64,000 nt of DNA from an uncultured Syntrophaceae bacterium (GTDB lineage: Bacteria; Desulfobacterota; Syntrophia; Syntrophales; UBA5619). Numbering within the stretch: position 1 is the stretch's first letter; each line of letters begins with the position of its first letter. The notes under the pieces were generated by a model that did not search any database, was not told where the DNA came from, and worked only from the letters and a program-made list of their open reading frames with translations. The stretch spans positions 9,394 through 73,393 of the forward strand of contig CAZWTL010000001.1 of assembly GCA_964637025.1 (NCBI GenBank), in the 5' to 3' direction. Below are positions 1-9,658 of the stretch, piece after piece. The translations under genes were made by a program, and so were the position numbers.

Positions 1-291
1 GGGATCGAGGTGACCGATGAAACCATCGCGCTGGATGCTTACCGTCGCATAGGGCCGGGCGGCAATTTCCTGGCGGATCCGCATACGATCCAATGGATGC
101 GCCGCGAGCACTATCTGCCCCGGCTGAGCGACCGGCAGTTGAGGATCAACTGGGAAAAGACGGGAAGGATGACGGTGGGAGATAAGGCCCTGGCGATGGC
201 GAAGCGGCTTGTCCAGGAGCACCCGTCCCTGGGAATTGACGCGGAGCTCAACAACGCCCTGCGGGCCCAGTTTCCCGGGATCCGCCCATGA
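1..291 (+). CDS. MttB-superfamily corrinoid-dependent methyltransferase, C-terminal fragment (5' end outside window)
   Basis: Frame 1 is open from base 1 (the GTG at 10 is internal), with the stop at 289-291. The tail ...IALDAYRRIGPGGNFLADPHT...LSDRQ...W... resembles C-termini of trimethylamine/glycine-betaine:corrinoid methyltransferases. A corrinoid-protein gene follows directly. Confidence 0.6.
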   Translation, partial: GIEVTDETIALDAYRRIGPGGNFLADPHTIQWMRREHYLPRLSDRQLRINWEKTGRMTVGDKALAMAKRLVQEHPSLGIDAELNNALRAQFPGIRP

Positions 292-389
292 AGGCCTTGG
301 GGGCCCGGCCCGCGTGACTGGGAATCCGCTGGACGGTGTCGGGAATCGGTGTCATAAAAGGAGCAATCATCATCAAAGGAGAGGAACCG

Positions 390-1022
390 ATGGATCTGTT
401 GGATAGGATTTCGGATGAACTGCAGCACGGCAATTATGTCGATGTGCCCAAGATGACCCAGGAGGCCCTGGACAAGGGCATTGCGCCGGAAATGATCCTC
501 AGCGACGCACTGGTGGCCGGCATGGACGTGGTGGGAGAGAAATTCCGCCGGGACGAGCTCTTCATGCCCGAGGTCCTCATCGCGGCCAAGGCCATGCAGG
601 CCGCCATGGCGGTCCTGAGGCCCAAACTGGTCGAAACCGGGGCGAAGACCGCGGGATCCATCGTCATCGGCACCATCCAGGGGGACCTCCACGACATCGG
701 CAAGAACCTCGTGGGGATGCTGTTCGAGGGTGCGGGCTATCAGGTGATCGATCTGGGCGTGGACGTGGCCCCGAACCGTTTCGTCGAGTCCGTCAAGGCC
801 AACAAACCAGATTTCATCGGCATGTCGGCCCTGCTCACGACGACCATGCCGAGGATGAAGGAGGTTGTCGAATCCCTCGTCGAGGCGGGCCTGCGGGAGC
901 GGGTGAAGGTGATGGTGGGCGGGGCACCGGTAACGGAGCAGTTCGCCCGGGATATCGGGGCGGACGGCTATGCCCCCGACGCGGCCAGTGCCGTCGAGAA
1001 GGCCCGTACCCTGAAGGGCTGA
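390..1022 (+). CDS. Cobalamin-binding corrinoid protein (MttC/MtgC-like)
   Basis: It carries the B12-binding signature DLHDIGKN (DxHxxG), plus SALLTTT and MVGGAP motifs and an N-terminal helical cap. ATG 390 is preceded by AAAGGAGAGG; the ORF-track start at 336 is an upstream GTG. Confidence 0.85.
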   Translation: MDLLDRISDELQHGNYVDVPKMTQEALDKGIAPEMILSDALVAGMDVVGEKFRRDELFMPEVLIAAKAMQAAMAVLRPKLVETGAKTAGSIVIGTIQGDLHDIGKNLVGMLFEGAGYQVIDLGVDVAPNRFVESVKANKPDFIGMSALLTTTMPRMKEVVESLVEAGLRERVKVMVGGAPVTEQFARDIGADGYAPDAASAVEKARTLKG

Positions 1023-1045
1023 AAGGGCATCCGTATCCATTCATC

Positions 1046-3046
1046 ATGAGCGACACCATCGGCCTGGGGATCGATGTGGGGGGAACCAATACGGACTCCG
1101 TCCTCGTCGATCTGGATGACAAGAAAATCCTCTCCTTTTCGAAGGCGCCCACCACACGGGCGGACCTTGCCGCGGGGATCGCGGAAAGCCTCCGGGGGCT
1201 CGATCAAAGCCGTTTTCCCCATATCGCTCTGGTCGGCCTTTCGACGACCCTGGCGACGAACGCCATCGTTGAGGGGGCGCGGCGGCAGATTTTGGGCATC
1301 CTGATCGGCTACAGTCCCGATGAGGTTCCCTCCGGACTGGAGAAGGACACCGTCCTGATCCGGGGCGGCCACGACGTGCGGGGCGAGGAACAAGAGCCTC
1401 TGGATGCGGACGCCCTGCGGATGATCGTGGAAAAGACGCGGAACGCAATCGAGGCCTATGCCGTCTGCGGCTATTTCAGCGTCCGCAACCCCGACCACGA
1501 GCTTAGGGCCGCGGACATGGTCCGCCGGATGACCGGCCGCCCGGTGGTCTGCGGCCATGAACTCTCGCAGCGGCTCGATGCCGTCAAGCGGGCGGCGACG
1601 ACGATCCTCAACGCCCATCTGATTCCCGTCATCCATCATCTGCTCGATTCGGTCCAGAGGATATTCATCCGAAACCGGATCGCGGCGCCACTGATGATCG
1701 TCCGGTGCGACGGGAGCCTGATGGCGGCTCCAGCCATCATGAACCGGCCCATCGAGACGATCCTGTCCGGACCGGCCGCGAGCGCGATCGGCGCCCGGTT
1801 TCTGCTGGGGCGGGAAGAGGCGGCGGCAGATGCGGTGATCGTGGACATCGGGGGAACCACCACCGATATGGCGCTTCTCCGGGACGGGCGTCCCTGTCTG
1901 AATCCGGAGGGTGCCCGGATCGGCGCCTGGCAGACGAACGTCCAGGCAATCGACGTCAGAACGATCGGCCTGGGGGGAGACAGCCAGATCAGGATCGACG
2001 AAAACGGGTCCATTCATGTGGGGCCGAATCGGGTCGTCCCACTCGCCTTCCTGGGAGCCGGACATCCGGAAATCGAGGCTGAACTGGAGAGAATCCGCGA
2101 CCAGTGCGGCCACCTGCCTTTCCGGAGCGCCCCCGATTTCTGGATGGCCTGCGGACCACCTCCGGAAGGGGATGGAGAAAGAGCCGCCGAGAGGATTCGC
2201 GAGGCGCTCCGTCCGGGACCGCGGTCCCTTTTACAGCTTTCCGAAGCCGCGGATCTGGGGATGACCGATGTCCAGAGGCAGTTGGACCGGCTGGAGCATC
2301 AGGGTCTGGTGCAGCATTGTGGCGTTACGCCCACCGATTTTCTCCATACGGACGGTGTCTTCACCGCCTGGAACCGGAAGGCGGCCCTGCTGGCCGTGCA
2401 GATCCTCTGCGGTTGCCACCGCATCTCCCTCCCGGAGCTCCATGCGAAACTCTCCGGGGAGATGGAGCGGCAGATCGGCCTCCAGGTTCTGGAACTGGTC
2501 CTCGCCCAACAGGACCGCGGTGTCCGGCGGCCGGAGGCATCCAACCTCTGCCGCGATTTCTGGGATCGCTGTTTTTCGGCCGAGAGGCACAGCAACCATG
2601 TCCGGTTCCGGATTTCACTGAATAACCGCCTGGTGGGGATCGGTGCCCCTGTCCATGTTTTTCTCCCGCCGGTGGCACGGAAACTGGAGACAGCGGCGGT
2701 GGTGCCGTACCATGCGGGCGTGGCCAACGCCATCGGGGCGATCACCGGTGCCGTTGCCGCGACCGACGAGGCGCTCATTCGGCCTGCAGAGGGGCGTTTC
2801 AGGCTCCACACCGCACGTGGTGTAGAGGTCTTTACCGCTCTGGAAGAGGCGACCCAGAGGGGAAGGGATCTCCTTTCAGCGGCTGTACGGGCGAAGGCCA
2901 CCGCTGCGGGCGCGGGCGAGGTGGAGGTGAACGTGGAGGAGAGGGAACAGTGGGCGGCCTCCCGGGGCGGGGAGCCCCTTTTCCTGGAGAAGCGGCTGGT
3001 TGCCAGGGCGGTCGGCAGTCCCCGCCCGGGCCAGCACCGGCGCTGA
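1046..3046 (+). CDS. Hydantoinase/oxoprolinase-family ASKHA ATPase-like protein
   Basis: It has the N-terminal GIDVGGTNTD motif and a second DIGGTTTD phosphate-binding motif. The 666-aa length and layout fit hydantoinase A-type proteins. No N-terminal Cys cluster is present. Confidence 0.7.
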   Translation: MSDTIGLGIDVGGTNTDSVLVDLDDKKILSFSKAPTTRADLAAGIAESLRGLDQSRFPHIALVGLSTTLATNAIVEGARRQILGILIGYSPDEVPSGLEKDTVLIRGGHDVRGEEQEPLDADALRMIVEKTRNAIEAYAVCGYFSVRNPDHELRAADMVRRMTGRPVVCGHELSQRLDAVKRAATTILNAHLIPVIHHLLDSVQRIFIRNRIAAPLMIVRCDGSLMAAPAIMNRPIETILSGPAASAIGARFLLGREEAAADAVIVDIGGTTTDMALLRDGRPCLNPEGARIGAWQTNVQAIDVRTIGLGGDSQIRIDENGSIHVGPNRVVPLAFLGAGHPEIEAELERIRDQCGHLPFRSAPDFWMACGPPPEGDGERAAERIREALRPGPRSLLQLSEAADLGMTDVQRQLDRLEHQGLVQHCGVTPTDFLHTDGVFTAWNRKAALLAVQILCGCHRISLPELHAKLSGEMERQIGLQVLELVLAQQDRGVRRPEASNLCRDFWDRCFSAERHSNHVRFRISLNNRLVGIGAPVHVFLPPVARKLETAAVVPYHAGVANAIGAITGAVAATDEALIRPAEGRFRLHTARGVEVFTALEEATQRGRDLLSAAVRAKATAAGAGEVEVNVEEREQWAASRGGEPLFLEKRLVARAVGSPRPGQHRR

Positions 3047-3331
3047 CCGATGTGTCCGGTAAAGAGACCGTGTCATCCCGGCCTGCCCGGAAACGCCGAT
3101 CTGCGCTGCCCAGTACCTCGCGAATGAAACGTACAACGGCACCAAAAAACTGGACAAAAGGCCAAAAAGCGGATAGGATTCCCAAAAATGCCCTTAGACC
3201 CGCTTGCGCCCTGCAGGGGCCGGAAGACGCCGGCGGGTCCGTTCACCGTCGGCGGGCTGCCATATGGAAGCTGAATGCTGAACAGGGAATGAACGCGTCT
3301 CTCAAAGCGATTCATTCGGGGTAGGGGTGCT

Positions 3332-4288
3332 ATGTACGTCCGTTTCTGGGGAACGCGGGGTTCGGTGCCCGCAGCGGCAACAGCGCAGCAAATCCGGGAA
3401 AAGGTCTCCCGGGCCCTCCGGTTGTTCCGATCGAAGCATCCTGGCGCACAGGAGGATATCGAGGCCTTCATTGACAAGGACCTTCCCTTTGCCGACCGGG
3501 GGAGCTACGGGGTGAACACCTCATGCGTCGAGATCGGCGGTATGGAGGAATGCATCCTCTGCGACGCGGGTACGGGCATCCGGGATTTCGGCCACGCGTT
3601 CATGCATTCGGCAAAGGGCAGGACTCCGGCAGTTTTCCACATCTTTCTGTCTCACCTCCACTGGGACCATATCCAGGGGTTTCCTTTCTTCCCCCCGGCG
3701 TATCTTCCCGGTGAGCAGATCCATATCTATGGCGGCCATCGGGACATCCGGCAGGCTTTAACGCTCCAGCAGTCCCCCCCCTTTTTCCCTATTGCCTTTC
3801 AAGGGATGGGGGCAACGATCGATTTCACAACCCTTGAGCCGGGGCGACCGGTGAGCGTCGCCGGATTCGACGTCCAGATGTTTCCTCAAAATCACCCCGG
3901 GGGTTCCTTCGGATACAGTTTCGTCCGTGAGGGCACCAAGATCGTCTACTCCACCGACATGGAACATACGTCGGAAGCGGATCAGGAGAAATATCCCTAT
4001 GTCGACCGGTTCCGGGATGCGGATCTGCTCATTTTCGATGCCCAGTATTCCCTGGCGGATGCCAGCGGACCGAAGGAGGCCTGGGGCCACTCCAGCAACC
4101 TATCGGGCGTCGAACTGGCCGTGCGCGCCGGGGTCAGACGCCTCTGCCTCTTCCACAGCGAGCCGACGTGGGGGGACGAGGCCCTGGACCGGTTTCTCGC
4201 TGAAACCCGGGATTATCTGCAGAACTATTCCCCAGCCTCGTCGCTCCGGATCGATCTGGCATACGACGGCCTCGAGATCATGCTGTGA
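3332..4288 (+). CDS. MBL-fold metallo-hydrolase
   Basis: It contains the HLHWDH (HxHxDH) motif and downstream His/Asp ligand candidates; 318 aa. Confidence 0.75.
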   Translation: MYVRFWGTRGSVPAAATAQQIREKVSRALRLFRSKHPGAQEDIEAFIDKDLPFADRGSYGVNTSCVEIGGMEECILCDAGTGIRDFGHAFMHSAKGRTPAVFHIFLSHLHWDHIQGFPFFPPAYLPGEQIHIYGGHRDIRQALTLQQSPPFFPIAFQGMGATIDFTTLEPGRPVSVAGFDVQMFPQNHPGGSFGYSFVREGTKIVYSTDMEHTSEADQEKYPYVDRFRDADLLIFDAQYSLADASGPKEAWGHSSNLSGVELAVRAGVRRLCLFHSEPTWGDEALDRFLAETRDYLQNYSPASSLRIDLAYDGLEIML

Positions 4289-4935
4289 AGGAGCGCCGCC
4301 TCTTCCTGTTCGACTTTGACGGCGTGCTTGCGGATTCACTGGCGATTTACGAGCAGGCGGTGGCACGCTGCCTGGAACGGATCGGGACCCCCATCGTGAA
4401 GACCCGGGAGGACTACCTGGCGCTCTTCGACGGCAATCTCTACGAATCGCTGGCGGCCCGGGGAGTCAGCCTGGCCGATTATATCCGGGCGGCGAAGGAG
4501 ATCATGCCCGGCCTCGACTACGACGCCATGAAGCCCTTCGACGGCCTCGCTCCTGTCCTGGACCGCCTGCACAGGGACCATTGCCTGCTGGTGATCTCTT
4601 CGAACACCTCCAGGACCATCCGCAGGATGCTTGTCCGCTTCCGCTTCGACCCCTATTTCGACGAAATCCTGGGCGCCGACTTCAAGGCCAGCAAGAAGGA
4701 GAAGATCGACCATGCCCTGGCGACTTACGGCATGCCGCGCCAAAGCACCTTCTACATCGGCGACACGGCTGGAGACATCAAGGAGGCCCGGGCCGCGGGC
4801 GTTCGGTCGGTAGCCGTGGCCTGGGGGTGGCACGACCGGCAGAGGCTCGAGGCCGCGGTGCCCGATTTTCTGGTGGATACGCCGGAGGGACTGCTGGAGA
4901 TTGAATCCGGAGCCGCGGCGCCGATGCCGCTATAG
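4285..4935 (+). CDS. HAD-superfamily hydrolase (phosphoglycolate-phosphatase-like)
   Basis: HAD motif I is FDFDGVLADS, with ISSNTS and GDTAGDI motifs further on. The GTG start overlaps the upstream stop (GTGA). Confidence 0.8.
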   Translation: MKERRLFLFDFDGVLADSLAIYEQAVARCLERIGTPIVKTREDYLALFDGNLYESLAARGVSLADYIRAAKEIMPGLDYDAMKPFDGLAPVLDRLHRDHCLLVISSNTSRTIRRMLVRFRFDPYFDEILGADFKASKKEKIDHALATYGMPRQSTFYIGDTAGDIKEARAAGVRSVAVAWGWHDRQRLEAAVPDFLVDTPEGLLEIESGAAAPMPL

Positions 4936-5028
4936 CCTTTCCCTCCTTTCCCGGCATCCCTGTGGAACGCGAACGGATGCCGTGCCCGAATGAGTGTTCC
5001 GGCAGGAACCGCTTTCCAGGGCGGTTGT

Positions 5029-5057
5029 TTGACATTTGGGTGGGCATCCATTATAAA
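5029..5057 (+). promoter_or_regulatory. Candidate sigma70-type promoter (TTGACA-N17-TATAAA) upstream of the polyprenyl synthase gene
   Basis: TTGACA lies at 5029-5034, followed by a 17-nt spacer and TATAAA at 5052-5057, about 65 nt before ATG 5123. This is a pattern match only. Confidence 0.35.
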
Positions 5058-5122
5058 TGGGCCGCGCGATTTAAAAAATACGCCGATTCTGACCCCATGT
5101 TTCGGAAGCGAGGGGCAATGCC

Positions 5123-6091
5123 ATGCAGATACGGGATGTATTCCAATACTATGGAAACGACCTCAAGCGGGTCGAGGAACACATGGAGATGTACCTCCGC
5201 TCGGAAGTCCGCCTCATTCCGGAGATCATCAACCATCTGATCGGAAGCGGCGGGAAACGGTTTCGGCCCCTCCTGCTGCTGGCCACGGCGGATCTCTGCG
5301 GCTATCGGGGAGAACGCCGCTATCCCCTGTCCGCGATCATCGAGTTCATCCACACGGCGAGCCTGCTCCATGACGATGTGATTGACCGTGCCGAGACGCG
5401 CCGCGGAAAGGAGTCGGCCAACCGGGTCTGGGGCAATGCCGCCAGCGTGCTGGTCGGCGATTTCCTGTATTCCAAATCCTTCAAGCTGATGACGGACGAC
5501 GGGACACCGGCCATCCTCAAACTCCTCTCAACCGCGACGAACACGATGTCCGAAGGAGAGGTCTTTCAGCTCATGAAAGCCGGCGACGTGACCATCACCG
5601 AAAAAGAGTACCTCATGATCGTGGAGAAGAAGACCTCGATTCTGATTTCGGCGGCCTGCGCGATCGGCGGCATCCTCGGCGAAGCATCGGAGGGGCAGAT
5701 CGAGTCGCTGACCCGTTTCGGGATGAGGCTCGGCACGGCCTTCCAGATCACGGATGACACGCTCGATTACGTGGCCGAAGAGGAGGAGTTCGGCAAGTCG
5801 ATCGGACAGGATCTGGGGGAGGGAAAGCTGACGCTTCCCCTCATCAGGACCATGCGGAAAGGCACGCCGGAGGAAAAGGCCTTCATCCGGGAGGGGATCG
5901 AAAACAAGGACCGGAGTGCAGATGCCGGCATCAAGGGGCTGATTCAGCGTTATGACGGCATACCCTACGCACTGGGCAAGGCCAAGGCCTGCATCGAGGA
6001 GGCGAAGGGGGCCCTGACCCTTTTCCCCGATTCGGAGGCCAGGACCGCACTTGTGGCCATTGCGGACTACATCATCGAAAGGCGGCTGTAA
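5123..6091 (+). CDS. Polyprenyl diphosphate synthase (IspB/octaprenyl-type trans-prenyltransferase)
   Basis: Both Asp-rich motifs are present: LLHDDVID (FARM) and ITDDTLDY (SARM). 322 aa. Confidence 0.85.
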   Translation: MQIRDVFQYYGNDLKRVEEHMEMYLRSEVRLIPEIINHLIGSGGKRFRPLLLLATADLCGYRGERRYPLSAIIEFIHTASLLHDDVIDRAETRRGKESANRVWGNAASVLVGDFLYSKSFKLMTDDGTPAILKLLSTATNTMSEGEVFQLMKAGDVTITEKEYLMIVEKKTSILISAACAIGGILGEASEGQIESLTRFGMRLGTAFQITDDTLDYVAEEEEFGKSIGQDLGEGKLTLPLIRTMRKGTPEEKAFIREGIENKDRSADAGIKGLIQRYDGIPYALGKAKACIEEAKGALTLFPDSEARTALVAIADYIIERRL

Positions 6092-6276
6092 CGACAAAGG
6101 CTTCTCCCTGCATCGGGCCCCGAAACAACCGGACGCGGAATGCGGCCTGAGTGGGGCGGGCCGGTGCTGGCGTCACCGCAGGGATCTGTCCAGGGCGAAT
6201 CGGCGGATTCGCTTATCGGGTATGCGGTTGACGATGGAGGGCGCTGCGCCGGCAGCCGGGGCGTTAGATACGAGAT

Positions 6277-7494
6277 ATGGGGAACGACAGCGAGATCATG
6301 AGCCAACGGCATCTGGAGCGGTACGCCGATGTGCTGCTCTGGGGGATCCGGACAGCCCGGCAGGGGAGATTCCGCAAGGGGGACATCATCCTCGTCCAGT
6401 ACGACCGGGCGGCCCTGCCGCTGGCCGAGGTCCTCTACGAAAAGATCATTGCAGCGGGGATGCATCCCGTCCAGCGGATGGGGCTGACGATCGGTATGGA
6501 GCGCTCCTTTTACGGAAAATCCGGCGGCCGCCAACTCGTATTCCAGCCGCCGGGAGAGAGGGAGTTCTGCATGAACCTCAACGGGAGAATCTACCTCCAT
6601 GCACCCGATTCCCTGACCCACCTCAGAGACATTGATCCGGCCCGAATCTGTAGGGTTCTGGTGGCGCGCAAGCCGCTCCGCGATATTCTGGACAAACGCG
6701 AGCAGGAGGGACGGTATGGGTGGACCCTCTGCACCCTGCCGACCCCGGAACTTGCCGCGCAGGCCAGAACGACGCCGGCGATCTACCGGGATCAGATCAT
6801 CCGGGCCTGTTATCTGGATCGGAAGGATCCTGCCGGACAATGGGGAGAGATCAGGCGCCATTTGACCTCCATCAAACGGTGGCTGAACGGTATGAAAGCG
6901 AGCCGTTTCCATGTTGAATCCGAGCACTGCGACCTTTGGATCACGCCGGGTGAGCAGAGGCGATGGGCGGGGGTTTCCGGCCACAATATCCCCAGTTTCG
7001 AACTGTTCATCTCTCCGGACTGGCGCGGCACAGAGGGGAGATATTATGCCAATCTGCCTTCCTACCGGAGTGGCAATTATGTCGAAGGGGTTCGACTCGA
7101 CTTTGAGCGGGGCAACGCCGTGGAGGTCCGGGCCGAGACCGGGGAGGCGTTTGCCGTTCGGCAACTGGCCCTGGACGCGGGTGCGAAACGGATCGGTGAA
7201 TTCTCCCTGACGGACCGGCGCTTTTCACGGATTGACCGTTTCATGGCGGACACCCTGTTCGATGAAAATTTCGGCGGACCATACGGGAACTGCCACATCG
7301 CCGTCGGGGCATCCTATACCGACACCTTTGCCGGCGATCATGCCGAGATGAACGGCGCCCTCAAACGGCAACTGGGCTTCAACGATTCAGCCCTTCACTG
7401 GGATCTGGTGAACACGGAGAACAAGACGGTCACCGCGCAGGGAACCGCGGGGAAGAAGACGGTCATCTACGAGAACGGGTGTTTCCGTTACTGA
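6277..7494 (+). CDS. M29-family aminopeptidase (AmpS/PepS/aminopeptidase T-like)
   Basis: It is 405 aa with overall resemblance to thermophilic-type aminopeptidases, including the C-terminal ...GNCHIAVGASY...ALHWDLV... region. Confidence 0.7.
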   Translation: MGNDSEIMSQRHLERYADVLLWGIRTARQGRFRKGDIILVQYDRAALPLAEVLYEKIIAAGMHPVQRMGLTIGMERSFYGKSGGRQLVFQPPGEREFCMNLNGRIYLHAPDSLTHLRDIDPARICRVLVARKPLRDILDKREQEGRYGWTLCTLPTPELAAQARTTPAIYRDQIIRACYLDRKDPAGQWGEIRRHLTSIKRWLNGMKASRFHVESEHCDLWITPGEQRRWAGVSGHNIPSFELFISPDWRGTEGRYYANLPSYRSGNYVEGVRLDFERGNAVEVRAETGEAFAVRQLALDAGAKRIGEFSLTDRRFSRIDRFMADTLFDENFGGPYGNCHIAVGASYTDTFAGDHAEMNGALKRQLGFNDSALHWDLVNTENKTVTAQGTAGKKTVIYENGCFRY

Positions 7495-8191
7495 CAGGTC
7501 CGGCCGACTCCTCCTTTTCTCCACCGATGGACGAGATGAGATCGATGCGGGATCGGATCTCGGAGGCCCTGGCGGGCTGTCCCGATGTTTCATAGAGGCG
7601 GTGCAAACGCTCGAGCCAAGCCAGCAGCGCCGTCTTCCATCCGTTCTGCGAAGCGGCTTCCACGGCGGACTGGAGGAGCGCCTCCGTTTCCAGGCCATGG
7701 CGCACGGCCAGCCCCGACGCGATCAGGCGGGACAGGGGGTCTTCGATCGCGGCGACGGCGGCGGCCGTTCTTGCGGCGTCTCGGTCGCGTAGCGCCCCCC
7801 AAAAGGGACGGTAGGATGCCGCCAGCAGCAGCGGATCCACCGCGGCATGGTCTCCGACGAGAAAGCGATAATAGTTCCGATTCGCAGGGACAACCTCGAC
7901 CGCCTCGACCTTCGGGTAGTCGCCGCCATCCGGCTCCGACAGCACAGCAACCTGGAGCGCCATCCGCGTCAGCCATGCCTTGCCCAAGAGGTCCATGTCC
8001 CCCCCCTTTTGAATCTCCGCAACAGCCTCACGGAAGTGAATCTCCGTGATGCGCTGGTGGCCGGCGGTCAGGTAATGCTGTTTGAATGCCTCCAGTTGCC
8101 TGTGGCCCGCTGCGATCCACCCCGGCGCGGGTTTCGTGCCGCAACCGGCCAGCAAGAGAAACAGGAGCAGCAAAGGGGAGATCTTCCTCAT
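7463..8191 (-). CDS. Lipoprotein of unknown family, last gene of the Mla-like operon
   Basis: It has a signal peptide with the lipobox LLLAGC. Its ATG overlaps the mlaD-like stop (ATGA at 8188-8191). The sequence is Ala/Leu-rich and looks helical. Its 3' end overlaps the convergent aminopeptidase gene by 32 nt. Confidence 0.6.
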   Translation of the reverse strand: MRKISPLLLLFLLLAGCGTKPAPGWIAAGHRQLEAFKQHYLTAGHQRITEIHFREAVAEIQKGGDMDLLGKAWLTRMALQVAVLSEPDGGDYPKVEAVEVVPANRNYYRFLVGDHAAVDPLLLAASYRPFWGALRDRDAARTAAAVAAIEDPLSRLIASGLAVRHGLETEALLQSAVEAASQNGWKTALLAWLERLHRLYETSGQPARASEIRSRIDLISSIGGEKEESAGPVSNGNTRSRR

Positions 8192-9198
8192 GGCAATTGA
8201 ATCTCCGGCTCTGCCTTGAAGGGGATCTTGCGATCGATTTCGACCGCAAGGTTGCGGAGTTCCACGATCGTCTGATCCAGATTCTCCCGGAGCATCCTGA
8301 GATCCCGGGTCGCGTCGGCCGCTTCGGAACTGACCCTGTGGATGTTTTCCAGGGTGGCGTCGATCTTCCCTTCGGCTGCCTGGGAGCTGACCTTGCGGAA
8401 GTTTTCCAGGGTGGCGTCGATCACCGAAAGGTTAGCCCGCAGATCGCGGAGGAGGGTCCGGACCTGGGGCAGGACACCGTCCGGGCCGTAGAGCTCCTGA
8501 TCGGCCTGGCCGGCCATGGTGTCGACCCTCTGGAGGATCCCGTCCACCTTGGCCGTGATCTCTCCGAGCCTCTGGAGGGCCTCATGGATGGACCGGACGC
8601 TTCTCGGATCGCCGACAGCCATCTCCAGGATGGATTGTTTGCTGGCAAAACGGGCGATCAGCGTGTCCGTATCGCGGAGCACCCGGTTGACATTCCCTTC
8701 CGGATCCGCCAGGTTCGCGGTGATCTGGGCGACATTGGCCATGATCCGGTCGGCCTTGTCGATGATCGGCTGCGCCCGCTTGATGATTTCGTTGATGTCG
8801 TTGGATTCCGTGATCACGGGAATGGCATGTTCGGACAGGGGAGGGGCGTCGAGGTTGTTGGTCGTGACAATGATCCGGGGCGTGCCGATCAGAGGCTTGT
8901 CAAGGACGAATTTGCTGTCCGCCCTGATCATCCGGATATGACGCTCGGGGATCCGGATCCGGATGAGGACCGTTCCCCGCTCGTCCAGTTCCAGGGCGCT
9001 GACGCGGCCGATCGTGAACCCCCAGACGGTCACAGGCATCCCTTCGGTCAGATTCTCCCCTGTTTTCGAGGCGAGGGTGAAGGTGTGGACCTTGGAGAAC
9101 ATCCCTTTCTTGTATGCCACATAGCCGAGCGATGCCATGATCAGAAGGGATGCGATCGTGATGAACAGCCCCACCTTGAATTCAATCCGTTGCGCCAT
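8188..9198 (-). CDS. MlaD/MCE-domain protein (outer-membrane lipid asymmetry / MCE transporter substrate-binding subunit)
   Basis: An N-terminal TM helix (KVGLFITIASLLIMASLGYV) is followed by an MCE domain (...PVTVWGFTIGRVSALELD...) and a long helical C-terminus. I chose the start at MAQRIEF (ATG 9198). Confidence 0.8.
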   Translation of the reverse strand: MAQRIEFKVGLFITIASLLIMASLGYVAYKKGMFSKVHTFTLASKTGENLTEGMPVTVWGFTIGRVSALELDERGTVLIRIRIPERHIRMIRADSKFVLDKPLIGTPRIIVTTNNLDAPPLSEHAIPVITESNDINEIIKRAQPIIDKADRIMANVAQITANLADPEGNVNRVLRDTDTLIARFASKQSILEMAVGDPRSVRSIHEALQRLGEITAKVDGILQRVDTMAGQADQELYGPDGVLPQVRTLLRDLRANLSVIDATLENFRKVSSQAAEGKIDATLENIHRVSSEAADATRDLRMLRENLDQTIVELRNLAVEIDRKIPFKAEPEIQLP

Positions 9199-9658
9199 CC
9201 GATTCCCCGTAAAATCCTTTTTCCCGAGTATAATCGAAAATATGGACCTCTGCAATCAAATCATCAACCTTTTGCAGGGCGGCCAGGACAAACCGGCCAT
9301 CCCGGCCATCGGGCAGGATCCGGAAAGGCCTGTCCAGGACAACGGAGGCATCGCGGACCGTGGCCGCCCGGATCAGCATGGCGTAAAAGAGCTCCTCCGG
9401 TTTCAAGGAACAAATCTTCCGTTCGGCCATATCGGACATGTCGAAGCGCTCGAGCAGGCGCACCGCAAACGACATGGCGTCCGGCCACGGCTCATTCTCA
9501 TGGTACTGGCGAATCAGGGCGATGTTGCTCCACACCGGCAGATTCGAGATCAGGGGGACCTCCGGGGAGACTCTCGCGACCGGCGTGACCTGTTCCGACA
9601 GGAACTGCACCAAGTCTTTTTTCAGTGGCCCGTCATTTTCGAAGAGCCTTATATGAAT
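9182..9658 (-). pseudogene. Truncated, motif-dead MlaF-like ABC ATPase remnant
   Basis: It sits in the slot between the mlaE-like and mlaD-like genes, where an ATPase of about 250 aa is expected. Only about 130-155 codons are open, with no ATG and no Walker A. It aligns by eye to the C-terminal two-thirds of MlaF, but the signature is LKPEE (not LSGGx), Walker B is VVLDRP (catalytic Glu replaced by Arg) and the H-loop is FDY. Confidence 0.5.

Noticed and set aside
7463-7494. The convergent aminopeptidase (+) and lipoprotein (-) genes overlap by 32 nt at their 3' ends.
   Set aside because: Short convergent overlaps are common in compact genomes. The lipoprotein C-terminal tail is low-complexity and the true stop context is unambiguous, so nothing further is implied.
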